From IMG/VR virus record IMGVR_UViG_3300033985_000086, positions 1-42,011 of that record: DNA of 42,011 nt; one strand, written 5' to 3'. The number at the start of each line of letters is the position of its first letter. Position 1 is the stretch's first letter. The translations under genes and the position numbers were made by a program. Of the stretch, positions 1 to 6,824 are shown in pieces. Source of the DNA: a virus (Duplodnaviria; Caudoviricetes). The notes under the pieces are model-generated. The model was not told the DNA's origin, made no database searches, and was given only the letters and a program-made list of their open reading frames with translations.

Positions 1-108
1 GGCAAAATACATAAATATTACACAACGGAAACAGATAATAAATTCCATTGCCAGAAATGCAAATTATCAGCTCCGGAAGCAGTATGGAGGCCTGATGCTC
101 ACCCGTGA
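1..108 (+). CDS. 3' fragment of a small protein (CxxC), cut by window edge
   Basis: Frame 1 is open from base 1 to TGA 106-108 (...FHCQKCKLSAPEAVWRPDAHP*) and overlaps the next start. Confidence 0.35.
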   Translation, partial: GKIHKYYTTETDNKFHCQKCKLSAPEAVWRPDAHP

Positions 109-307
109 CCAGCTCACCGCCCTGCGGCAGAAGAACGAACGGACCACGACGCACGGCTGGCCCAGGCAGACCATCCTGGACCTGCTTGACACCATCGACG
201 CCATCAAGAAAGAGAAAAAGAAGTGGCAGCGTCTGGCCGAGGACCGGAGCGAACGGCTCCTGAAGATCGAACAAATTGTAAGACCTGTGGTCGGGGAGGA
301 GAAATGA
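95..307 (+). CDS. hypothetical phage protein (coiled-coil)
   Basis: GGAGG RBS, 70 aa, stop overlaps next start. Confidence 0.7.
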   Translation: MLTRDQLTALRQKNERTTTHGWPRQTILDLLDTIDAIKKEKKKWQRLAEDRSERLLKIEQIVRPVVGEEK

Positions 308-501
308 AAAGCTTTCACAACATTCGGTGCGAGGTGTGCAACAAGTTCATCACGGCGGAGGACGTCCTCGACGATGGTATGTGCGAGAAGTGCGCGGATC
401 GCTTGAGAAGGAAGCTCTCGGAGCGCCTGCGGGCCTGGCGAGTCATCAGCGCGGCCCTCACCGTCTCCGTGGTCATCCTGGCCTGGAGGGTTCTTGGATG
501 A
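304..501 (+). CDS. small CxxC..CxxC protein with C-terminal hydrophobic helix
   Basis: ATG 304 after GGAGGAG; MKSFHNIRCEVC...CEKC; ATGA overlaps at both ends. Confidence 0.65.
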   Translation: MKSFHNIRCEVCNKFITAEDVLDDGMCEKCADRLRRKLSERLRAWRVISAALTVSVVILAWRVLG

Positions 502-1118
502 GAATCTACATCGAGAAACTCACCAACACGGCGCTGATGCGCAGGGCCTGCAAGTTCACGACGCACGGTCAGGTCGATTCCATGATGAGCCTGGACAAGA
601 TCTATCGCTGCGAGCACAGCCCGATGCGGACCCAGCTTTTCTGGATCGAGATGATGGGGATTCCGAGCTTCGTGAGTGTGCACATGGTCCGGCACAAGAT
701 CGGAGTGGAGCACTTCGTTCAGACCATGCGCGACGACCGCGGGGCCGAGACCGTGGCTGACCGGAACACTCCCGTGAATCACGCCATGCTCCTCAACGCC
801 CAGGCCATCATCAACATGGCCAGGAAGAGGCTCTGCATGAAGGCCCACCCCGAGACCCGCCTCGTCTTCGAGCACATCAAGGACCACATGAAGATAGTGG
901 ACCCGGATCTCGCCCTAGCCCTGGTCCCCGAGTGTGAATATCGCGGCGGCGTCTGCCATGAGCTGCGGCCCTGCGGGAAGATGGCGCAACGATTCATCGC
1001 TACGTCTGGCTGTACAATCACCACTAAGGCCCAGATAACGGCAAAGTTAGGCGCCATGGAGCACGAGGTTCAGGAATCGGATGGAGGTAGATGTGATCGG
1101 CAGAATCCACTTCGCTGA
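498..1118 (+). CDS. thyX: ThyX-like (flavin-dependent thymidylate synthase family) protein; C-terminal ~45 aa probably foreign read-through
   Basis: EHSP, VHMVRH, NAQAIINMARKRLC, VPECEYRGGVCHE motifs; ATG 498 with GGAGG. Confidence 0.7.
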   Translation: MRIYIEKLTNTALMRRACKFTTHGQVDSMMSLDKIYRCEHSPMRTQLFWIEMMGIPSFVSVHMVRHKIGVEHFVQTMRDDRGAETVADRNTPVNHAMLLNAQAIINMARKRLCMKAHPETRLVFEHIKDHMKIVDPDLALALVPECEYRGGVCHELRPCGKMAQRFIATSGCTITTKAQITAKLGAMEHEVQESDGGRCDRQNPLR

Positions 1119-1998
1119 GAACCTTGACGTGCTTCGGGCGCTGCCGTCGGCGTCCGTGGACCTCGTGTACATCGATCCTCCGTTCAACACGGGGAAGGTC
1201 CAGCAGCGCACGCAGCTCAAGACGGTTCGCTCCGCAGACGGCGACCGCGTCGGATTCCAGGGCCATCGCTACGAGAGCATCGTCGTGGGAACGAAGCGCT
1301 TCAGCGATCTCTTCGACGATTATCTGGCCTTTCTGGAACCGCGCCTCACCGAGGCCCACCGCGTCCTGGCGCCTCACGGATGCCTCTACTTTCACGTGGA
1401 CTACCGCGAGGTGCATTACTGCAAGGTGCTCCTCGACAGCATCTTCGGGCGCGAGTCCTTCCTGAACGAGATCATCTGGGCGTACGACTACGGCGGCCGA
1501 CCGAAGAACCGGTGGCCAGCGAAGCACGACAACATCCTGTTCTACGCGAAGGACCCGTCCAACTACGTGTTCAACGTCGACGAGATCGAGCGCATCCCGT
1601 ACATGGCGCCCGGGCTCGTCGGGCCGGAGAAAGCAGCGCGTGGGAAGCTCCCGACCGACACGTGGTGGCACACGATCGTTCCCACGAACGGTTCGGAGAA
1701 GACGGGCTATCCGACTCAGAAGCCCCTCGGCATCCTTCGTCGAATCGTCCAGGCATCGACACGGCCGGGTGCCCTGATACTTGACTTCTTCGCCGGAAGC
1801 GGAACGACGGGCGCCGCGGCGCTCGAGTTCGGTCGCCGTTTCATCCTCGTCGACAATAACCCGGAGGCTCTCGCAGTCATGGCCCGGCGATTCGACGGTG
1901 TCGAAGGGATCGAGTGGGTCGGATTCGATCCGGCGCCGCACCAAAGGGTCGAAAAGCAGCGCGGCTTGTTCTCAGCCCCAGCCGCCCAGGAGGAGTGA
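1081..1998 (+). CDS. N6-adenine/N4-cytosine DNA methyltransferase (beta class)
   Basis: YIDPPF, YPTQKP, LDFFAGSGTT motifs; GTG 1093 (after GGAGGT) may be the real start. Confidence 0.93.
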   Translation: MEVDVIGRIHFAENLDVLRALPSASVDLVYIDPPFNTGKVQQRTQLKTVRSADGDRVGFQGHRYESIVVGTKRFSDLFDDYLAFLEPRLTEAHRVLAPHGCLYFHVDYREVHYCKVLLDSIFGRESFLNEIIWAYDYGGRPKNRWPAKHDNILFYAKDPSNYVFNVDEIERIPYMAPGLVGPEKAARGKLPTDTWWHTIVPTNGSEKTGYPTQKPLGILRRIVQASTRPGALILDFFAGSGTTGAAALEFGRRFILVDNNPEALAVMARRFDGVEGIEWVGFDPAPHQRVEKQRGLFSAPAAQEE

Positions 1999-2002
1999 TC
2001 GA

Positions 2003-2562
2003 GTGCAATACCAGATCAAGGATCCTGAGGTCCTGATGCTCGCGACGATCGCGGGCACCCTCAAGGGTGACTACGTGCGCGAGGGGCCGGACGACCCTTG
2101 GGCGGGAAGCCCCTTCGCCTGGATTCGGACACGTCCGTCCCGTCAGGTCGGCAAGATCGGCGAGCAGCTCGTGGCTGGCTGGTGCGCGGCCAAGGGGCTC
2201 GATGTTACGCGCAGTTCAAACTCCGAGGCAGACCGCGTCATTGCCGGGAGGCGCGTCGAAATCAAGTTCTCCACGCTCTGGGAGAGCGGCGTCTACAAGT
2301 TCCAACAGCTCCGAGATCAAGACTACGAGTTCGCCGTCTGTCTTGGCATTTCGCCATTCGACGCGCATTGCTGGGTCATCTCCAAGGCCGTGCTCCGGCA
2401 GCACGTCATCGGCCATACTCCGCAGCACACCGGCAAGGGTGGCACCGACACCTTTTGGCTTTCCTTTGACGCATCGAGCCCCCCCCCGCGTGGCTTGCGG
2501 CCTGCGGCGGGCGTCTCGCGGATGCGTACGAGATCATGCGGAAGTGGCAGGCGAGGCGGTGA
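2003..2562 (+). pseudogene. PD-(D/E)XK restriction endonuclease-like gene, frameshifted at a C9 tract
   Basis: GTG 2003 after AGGAGG; GEQLV..EADR..VEIK motif; changing C9 (2479-2487) to C7 or C10 gives ...PAWLAACGGRLADAYEIMRKWQARR* ending just before attC. Confidence 0.7.
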
Positions 2563-2571
2563 CGGCATGGC

Positions 2572-2620
2572 GCCTAACAACCGGTTGCAGCGGATGGTCC
2601 GCTGCGCGGCAGTAGCGGTG
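2572..2620 (+). other. truncated attC site (left half)
   Basis: GCCTAAC-AACCG-GTTGCAGCGGATGGTCCGCTGC...; no L'/R' (GTTRRRY) partner found downstream. Confidence 0.65.
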
Positions 2621-2667
2621 GCGCTCCGACCCGCCGCCGCGCGCTTACAAGGCAAATAAGCTGTGGC

Positions 2668-2916
2668 GTGCCAGCCCTGCCCCCACCGCCGGCGCGCCGC
2701 CGCGCGCGCCCCGGCCCCGCGCACGGGGACCCGCCCGCGCAGCGGGTGGGGAGAGCGCGGAAAAAGGCCAGGGAGAACCGGCGGGCCTATCGCGAGAGGC
2801 GCGGCCTGACCCTGGCCCCGATACCCCGGGGTAAGATCGAGGCGCCCACCTGGGGCGACGGCTGCGCGGTCGGATCGATACTGTGGTGCCCCTTCCCGGG
2901 CATCGAGGCTTGGTGA
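2668..2916 (+). CDS. hypothetical protein, 5' half probably disrupted or poorly resolved
   Basis: Basic C-terminal half looks protein-like and abuts next gene; 5' half is low-complexity GC. Confidence 0.3.
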   Translation: MPALPPPPARRRARPGPAHGDPPAQRVGRARKKARENRRAYRERRGLTLAPIPRGKIEAPTWGDGCAVGSILWCPFPGIEAW

Positions 2917-2919
2917 AAA

Positions 2920-3114
2920 ATGCTCCTCTCCATCCGCCACGCCGCACAGCGGCTCGACGTGCATCCGGACACGCTCCGGAGATGGGCCAGGGACGGCCTC
3001 ATCGCCGTCGTGCGCCTGCCGTCGGGCCGCCTGCGAGTGGCCGAGGAGGAGCTTGAACATATAGCCCGGCCCGACACCCGGGTCGATCAAATTATGAGGA
3101 GTATCGGACTATGA
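2920..3114 (+). CDS. excisionase/MerR-type HTH DNA-binding protein
   Basis: LSIRHAAQRLDVHPDTLRRWARDGLI..RLPSGRLR. Confidence 0.85.
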   Translation: MLLSIRHAAQRLDVHPDTLRRWARDGLIAVVRLPSGRLRVAEEELEHIARPDTRVDQIMRSIGL

Positions 3115-3230
3115 TCTGTCCAGAATGTGGATGCCGAGTCATCCATCAGGCAAGGTCAGCGAGACACGCACCTATCATTAGCCGAAACCCACCGTATCGC
3201 CGGCACTGCGCTGGCGAAGGGGAGGAGTGA
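3111..3230 (+). pseudogene. N-terminal half of split Zn-ribbon mini-gene
   Basis: MICPECGCRVIHQ then unrelated tail; GAGGAG RBS and ATGA overlap. Confidence 0.55.
3124..3148 (+). repeat. 25-bp direct repeat, copy 1
   Basis: AATGTGGATGCCGAGTCATCCATCA, identical to 4048-4072. Confidence 0.95.
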
Positions 3231-3233
3231 GCC

Positions 3234-4022
3234 ATGAATGCTCCCGTCGTCATCGGCAACGCGGTACTGTACCTCGGCGACTGCCTGGAGGTCATGGCAG
3301 GGCTGCCGGATGCCAGCGTCGACATGATCCTTTGCGACCTGCCCTACGGCACGACGGCCTGCAAGTGGGACACGGTGATCCCGTTCGATGCACTGTGGGC
3401 GCAGTACCGCAGGGTGGCAAAACGGAACGCGGCCATTGTGCTGACGGCATCGCAGCCGTTCACGACGGCGCTGATCTCCAGCAACATGCGCGAGTTTCGC
3501 TATTGCTGGGTGTGGGTCAAGTCCCGCGTAACCGGGTTTGCCAACGCGAAGTTGCAGCCGCTTCGATGCGTTGAGGACGTCGTGGTGTTCTACCGCAGCC
3601 GCCCAACGTACAACCCGCAGGGGCTTATGCGGATCGACGCCGTAAGGCGAAACGGGGCGTCTGTGGGTGGCGACTCCCTTCGTGGCGATACGGGGGCCAG
3701 CGCCAACAGGGGTTCCCTGCGAACGGCGGGCGCGGAGTATGTCCAAGAGTTCACCGGGTATCCGCGCCAAGTCCTGAGCATCGGTAGCGAGTCGGGAACG
3801 GCCCACCCGACCCAAAAGCCCGTAGCGCTGATGGAATACCTGATCCGCACATACACCAACGAGGGCGAGGTGGTGCTGGATAACTGTATGGGGTCCGGCA
3901 CAACTGGCGTGGCCTGCGCCAACACGGGCCGCCGGTTCATCGGCATCGAGCGAGAACCTAAGTATTTCGATATTGCCTGCCGCCGAATCAAGGACGCGTT
4001 GGGACAGGAGAAGAACCATTGA
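3234..4022 (+). CDS. orphan N6-adenine/N4-cytosine DNA methyltransferase (beta class)
   Basis: GDCLE, CDLPYG, HPTQKP, LDNCMGSGTTG motifs. Confidence 0.93.
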   Translation: MNAPVVIGNAVLYLGDCLEVMAGLPDASVDMILCDLPYGTTACKWDTVIPFDALWAQYRRVAKRNAAIVLTASQPFTTALISSNMREFRYCWVWVKSRVTGFANAKLQPLRCVEDVVVFYRSRPTYNPQGLMRIDAVRRNGASVGGDSLRGDTGASANRGSLRTAGAEYVQEFTGYPRQVLSIGSESGTAHPTQKPVALMEYLIRTYTNEGEVVLDNCMGSGTTGVACANTGRRFIGIEREPKYFDIACRRIKDALGQEKNH

Positions 4023-4031
4023 ACGAATTGA

Positions 4032-4157
4032 TCGAGATGCTGCGGCAAATGTGGATGCCGAGTCATCCATCAAGAAGGTTGCGCCCTCTGCCCCGTCTGC
4101 GGGTGGAGCCCGTGTAAAATGAGGAAAATATTCCATCGTCGGCAACGAGTCTGGTGA
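4032..4157 (+). pseudogene. start-less Zn-ribbon frame (other half of split mini-gene)
   Basis: CGKCGCRVIHQEGCALCPVCGWSPCK follows in-frame TGA 4029-4031 with no start codon. Confidence 0.55.
4048..4072 (+). repeat. 25-bp direct repeat, copy 2
   Basis: Identical to 3124-3148. Confidence 0.95.
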
Positions 4158-4246
4158 AACCCATCTGTCCCGATTGTGGACGGGAGCTGACCTTCCAGGA
4201 AGGCTGCTTTTTGTGTGCGGCATGTGGGTTTACCCGGTGTGGATGA
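4154..4246 (+). CDS. 30-aa Zn-ribbon peptide
   Basis: GTG start in GTGA overlap; KPICPDCGRELTFQEGCFLCAACGFTRCG*; too short for the ORF track. Confidence 0.65.
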   Translation: MKPICPDCGRELTFQEGCFLCAACGFTRCG

Positions 4247-4518
4247 GGTCGATCCCCGCGTGCGCGGGGGAGACACCCAGGCCAGTTGGTCGAGCGCGAT
4301 GAGCCGGGGTCGATCCCCGCGTGCGCGGGGAGACGGCCAGAGCGTGGCCGACGCCCTGAAGTGGGCGGGTCGATCCCCGCGTGCGCGGGGGGAGACATGG
4401 CCGCCGAGTGTCAATAGAGCCGCATTGCGGGTCGATCCCCGCGTGCGCGGGGGAGACGCTCCACCTTTGGAGGTCAGCTCGTCTATCTTGGGTCGATCCC
4501 CGCGTGCGCGGGGGAGAC
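4246..4518 (-). CRISPR. type I-E-like CRISPR mini-array, 5 repeats / 4 spacers, no cas genes, no leader
   Basis: Repeat (minus strand) GTCTCCCCCGCGCACGCGGGGATCGACCC at 4246-4274, 4307-4334, 4367-4396, 4429-4457, 4490-4518; unique 32-bp spacers 4275-4306, 4335-4366, 4397-4428, 4458-4489; CCCCGCG/CGCGGGG stem. Confidence 0.98.
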
Positions 4519-4524
4519 GCTGCT

Positions 4525-5025
4525 TCATGCTGGCCACTCCAAGACCGGCAGTTCCGGCTCGATGTCAGCGTAGCCGCTGGGGGCAGGCCGCGTCCCAGCT
4601 TCGACCTCGGCCAGGATTTGATACAGCTTCACCCACGTAGCGTCACGCGCCTCGACCGCATACTGGCCTTCAGCCTTGAACTTGGGCACCGTGCTGGCGG
4701 CGTATGTGGCTGCCGACAGAATGCCGTCATAGCCTCGCGTCCGTGCGAAGTCGTCGAGGCGTTTCTGTACCGCAGCCGTGTATTGGGCGACGATCTGCTC
4801 AGGGGTTAGCGGCTCTGGTTCCGGCTCTGGTTCCGGCTCCGGCAAATCTTCAAACACCCAAGATGCCCCTGTCCAGCGGGCGCGCTTTCCGGCTGGAGTC
4901 GTTGGCGGCTCGGCTTCTATGCAGCCGCCCGGAATCAAAAAAACACCAGGCTCAAGCGGAGATTCGTCTGCAATTGTTGTGCCGACAAAAAATCCATCGG
5001 CGTCAAGTTGACATACAATTTTCAT
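4525..5025 (-). CDS. tail fibre assembly/chaperone-like protein
   Basis: ADESPLEPGVFLIP N-terminus, PEPEP linker, LDDFARTRGYDGILSAATYA; directly after fibre gene. Confidence 0.8.
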   Translation of the reverse strand: MKIVCQLDADGFFVGTTIADESPLEPGVFLIPGGCIEAEPPTTPAGKRARWTGASWVFEDLPEPEPEPEPEPLTPEQIVAQYTAAVQKRLDDFARTRGYDGILSAATYAASTVPKFKAEGQYAVEARDATWVKLYQILAEVEAGTRPAPSGYADIEPELPVLEWPA

Positions 5026-5036
5026 ATTTTAACTCC

Positions 5037-6824
5037 TTAGAACTTGATGCAGGCCAATAGGGCGACGTTGCGAGGGCGGGTTTCAGTTGCCGTACGTGGC
5101 GTTCCGTTTATTCCATCACTCACAGGAGTAGTAATTCGGCCGGTTCTTATTTCGTTTCCCGGCCTATCATTCGCCCCCAGAAATTCACCAGTGCCCCCAG
5201 TACCCCCAATCCTTAAACTTCTGTTTGCGTGTCCATGGCCTTGCATGGCGTCTTCTTGCACAGTGCCGAGCGCCCGCCCGCTGTCCACGCCGCGTCCGTC
5301 ATCCCAGCCGCGCAGGAACTCACCGCGCAGATCCGGCAAGTTAAAGGTAGTCGATCCGTCACCAGCGCCAAACGCTGTTCCAATAACGGCAAATAGTGCC
5401 GCGTACGTCGTGCGGCTCACCGCAGCGCCGTTCGCCTTGAGCCAGCCGGACGGGGCTGTGTTTCTCGCGAAGTACGCCACCATGCCAGGCGGTGCATAGT
5501 CGGTGGGATTGAGGTTGCCGGAATGAAAAAACCTATGCCACGGACCCCATGATCCAGGGCCACCAACATCTGGCGGATTGCCTTGACGCCAATAAATCTC
5601 GCCGTTGCTGAAACCGGTTACGATTTGAAGAATGGTGTCATAGCCACCACGAGCAACAATCAATTGCCCAAACGCAACGCCTTCGGGTGCGTTTCCGGGA
5701 CTGTTACCGAGGCGGTAAAACCCCGGGAATACCACGGTGTTCAAATCGGTGCCGGCCGCAAGAGCGCCAAACCCTGCTGCACCAATCTCCGCCAGCGACC
5801 ACGACACGTCGGCCGACCCGTCGAAGCTCTTGCCGGTGTTGCCGATGGTGAGGGTGCGGGCGGTTTGGAGTCTGGTGGCGGTGGTGGCGTTTCCGACCAG
5901 CGAGCCGGCAGAAGCCTGCCATGACGACCCATTCCACACGCGCATTTCGTTGGCTGTGGTGTTCCAGTAGAGAGCGCCGACCTGTAGCGCGTTGCCATCG
6001 TTGTCCGTGACCGGGTCGCTGGGCTTGGCCCCGAGGTAGCGGTCGTCAAACGCATCGAAGCTGGCGGCAGCAGCCGAAGCCGAGGCAGCAGCAGCATTGG
6101 CGCTGTCCAGAGCCTGGGTGGCGCTGGCGGCAGCAGCATTGGCGCTGTCCAGAGCCTGGGTGGCGCTGGCGGCAGCAGCATTGGCCTTTGTGGTGGCGGT
6201 GGTGGCGCTGGCGGCAGCAGCATTGGCGCTGTCCAGAGCCTGGGTGGCGCTGGCGGCAGCAGCATCGGCCTTTGTGGTGGCGGTGGTGGCGCTGGCGGCA
6301 GCAGCATCGGCCTTTGTGGTGGCGGTGGTGGCCGCAATCTCGGCCCGCTCGGCGCTGTCCAGGGCGGATGCCGCAGAGGCCACGGAGGTGTCCCGGGCTG
6401 CGAAGATGGAATCCCGCAGTGCCTCCGGGGTCGTGCTGCTCGCCACGTCCACAACGATGGCCCGATCCAGTTTCTCCTTGAGCTGCTGCCGTTCAGCCGT
6501 CGCCCTGTCCAGGGCGGTCTCAACGACCTCTGGGTCCCAACGAGTTCCGCTAATCAGATCCACATCCTGAAGGAAGTCCATGGAGCGGGCGATGGTTATC
6601 TTGTGGCCGCTGGGCAGGGCAGGCCCGGAGGTCGGGTAGGTCACCGTTCCGCCCGTGCCGGCCAGGGAGACCGACCAGTTCGAGACCACCGTGGTCACGC
6701 CGGCCGCGTTGGTGATGCTGACTTCAAGGTCGGCCGCTTTCCAGACCTTGAAGGAAAACGGGAAGGAGGTCTGGACCCCGTCGCCGTTGAGTGTCACCTT
6801 GGACACCGCTGAACTCATAGTCAT
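5037..6824 (-). CDS. tail fibre protein (podovirus anchor, Ala-rich coil, collar domain)
   Basis: GDGVQTSFPFSF N-terminus; collar motifs GWLKANGAAVSRTTYAALF, TFNLPDLRGEFLRG; ETRPRNVALLACIKF end. Confidence 0.92.
   Translation of the reverse strand: MTMSSAVSKVTLNGDGVQTSFPFSFKVWKAADLEVSITNAAGVTTVVSNWSVSLAGTGGTVTYPTSGPALPSGHKITIARSMDFLQDVDLISGTRWDPEVVETALDRATAERQQLKEKLDRAIVVDVASSTTPEALRDSIFAARDTSVASAASALDSAERAEIAATTATTKADAAAASATTATTKADAAAASATQALDSANAAAASATTATTKANAAAASATQALDSANAAAASATQALDSANAAAASASAAAASFDAFDDRYLGAKPSDPVTDNDGNALQVGALYWNTTANEMRVWNGSSWQASAGSLVGNATTATRLQTARTLTIGNTGKSFDGSADVSWSLAEIGAAGFGALAAGTDLNTVVFPGFYRLGNSPGNAPEGVAFGQLIVARGGYDTILQIVTGFSNGEIYWRQGNPPDVGGPGSWGPWHRFFHSGNLNPTDYAPPGMVAYFARNTAPSGWLKANGAAVSRTTYAALFAVIGTAFGAGDGSTTFNLPDLRGEFLRGWDDGRGVDSGRALGTVQEDAMQGHGHANRSLRIGGTGGTGEFLGANDRPGNEIRTGRITTPVSDGINGTPRTATETRPRNVALLACIKF
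6088..6332 (-). repeat. tandem 42-bp (14-aa) repeats of two unit types in tail fibre
   Basis: TQALDSANAAAASA x3 and TTATTKA(D/N)AAAASA x3. Confidence 0.9.

Larger units (their letters stand above)
1046..2620 (+). mobile_element. integron-type gene cassette (MTase + endonuclease)
   Basis: Begins at GTTAGGC (GTTRRRY) 1046 and ends at GCCTAAC (RYYYAAC) 2572-2578 followed by attC-like sequence; perfect 13-bp inverted repeat 1046-1058 / 2566-2578. Confidence 0.75.

Noticed and set aside
1046-2578. 13-bp inverted repeats as IS/transposon ends
   Set aside because: No transposase or target duplication; sequence fits integron core sites better
4275-4489. Self-targeting spacers
   Set aside because: No long match seen by eye (best noticed about 10 nt near 38050); needs a computed check and the genome is incomplete
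4063-4809. ORFs across the CRISPR array
   Set aside because: Repeat-derived translations (PRARGDRP etc.)
4525-6824. BPP-1-style diversity-generating retroelement
   Set aside because: No reverse transcriptase and no template/variable repeat pair differing at adenines was seen
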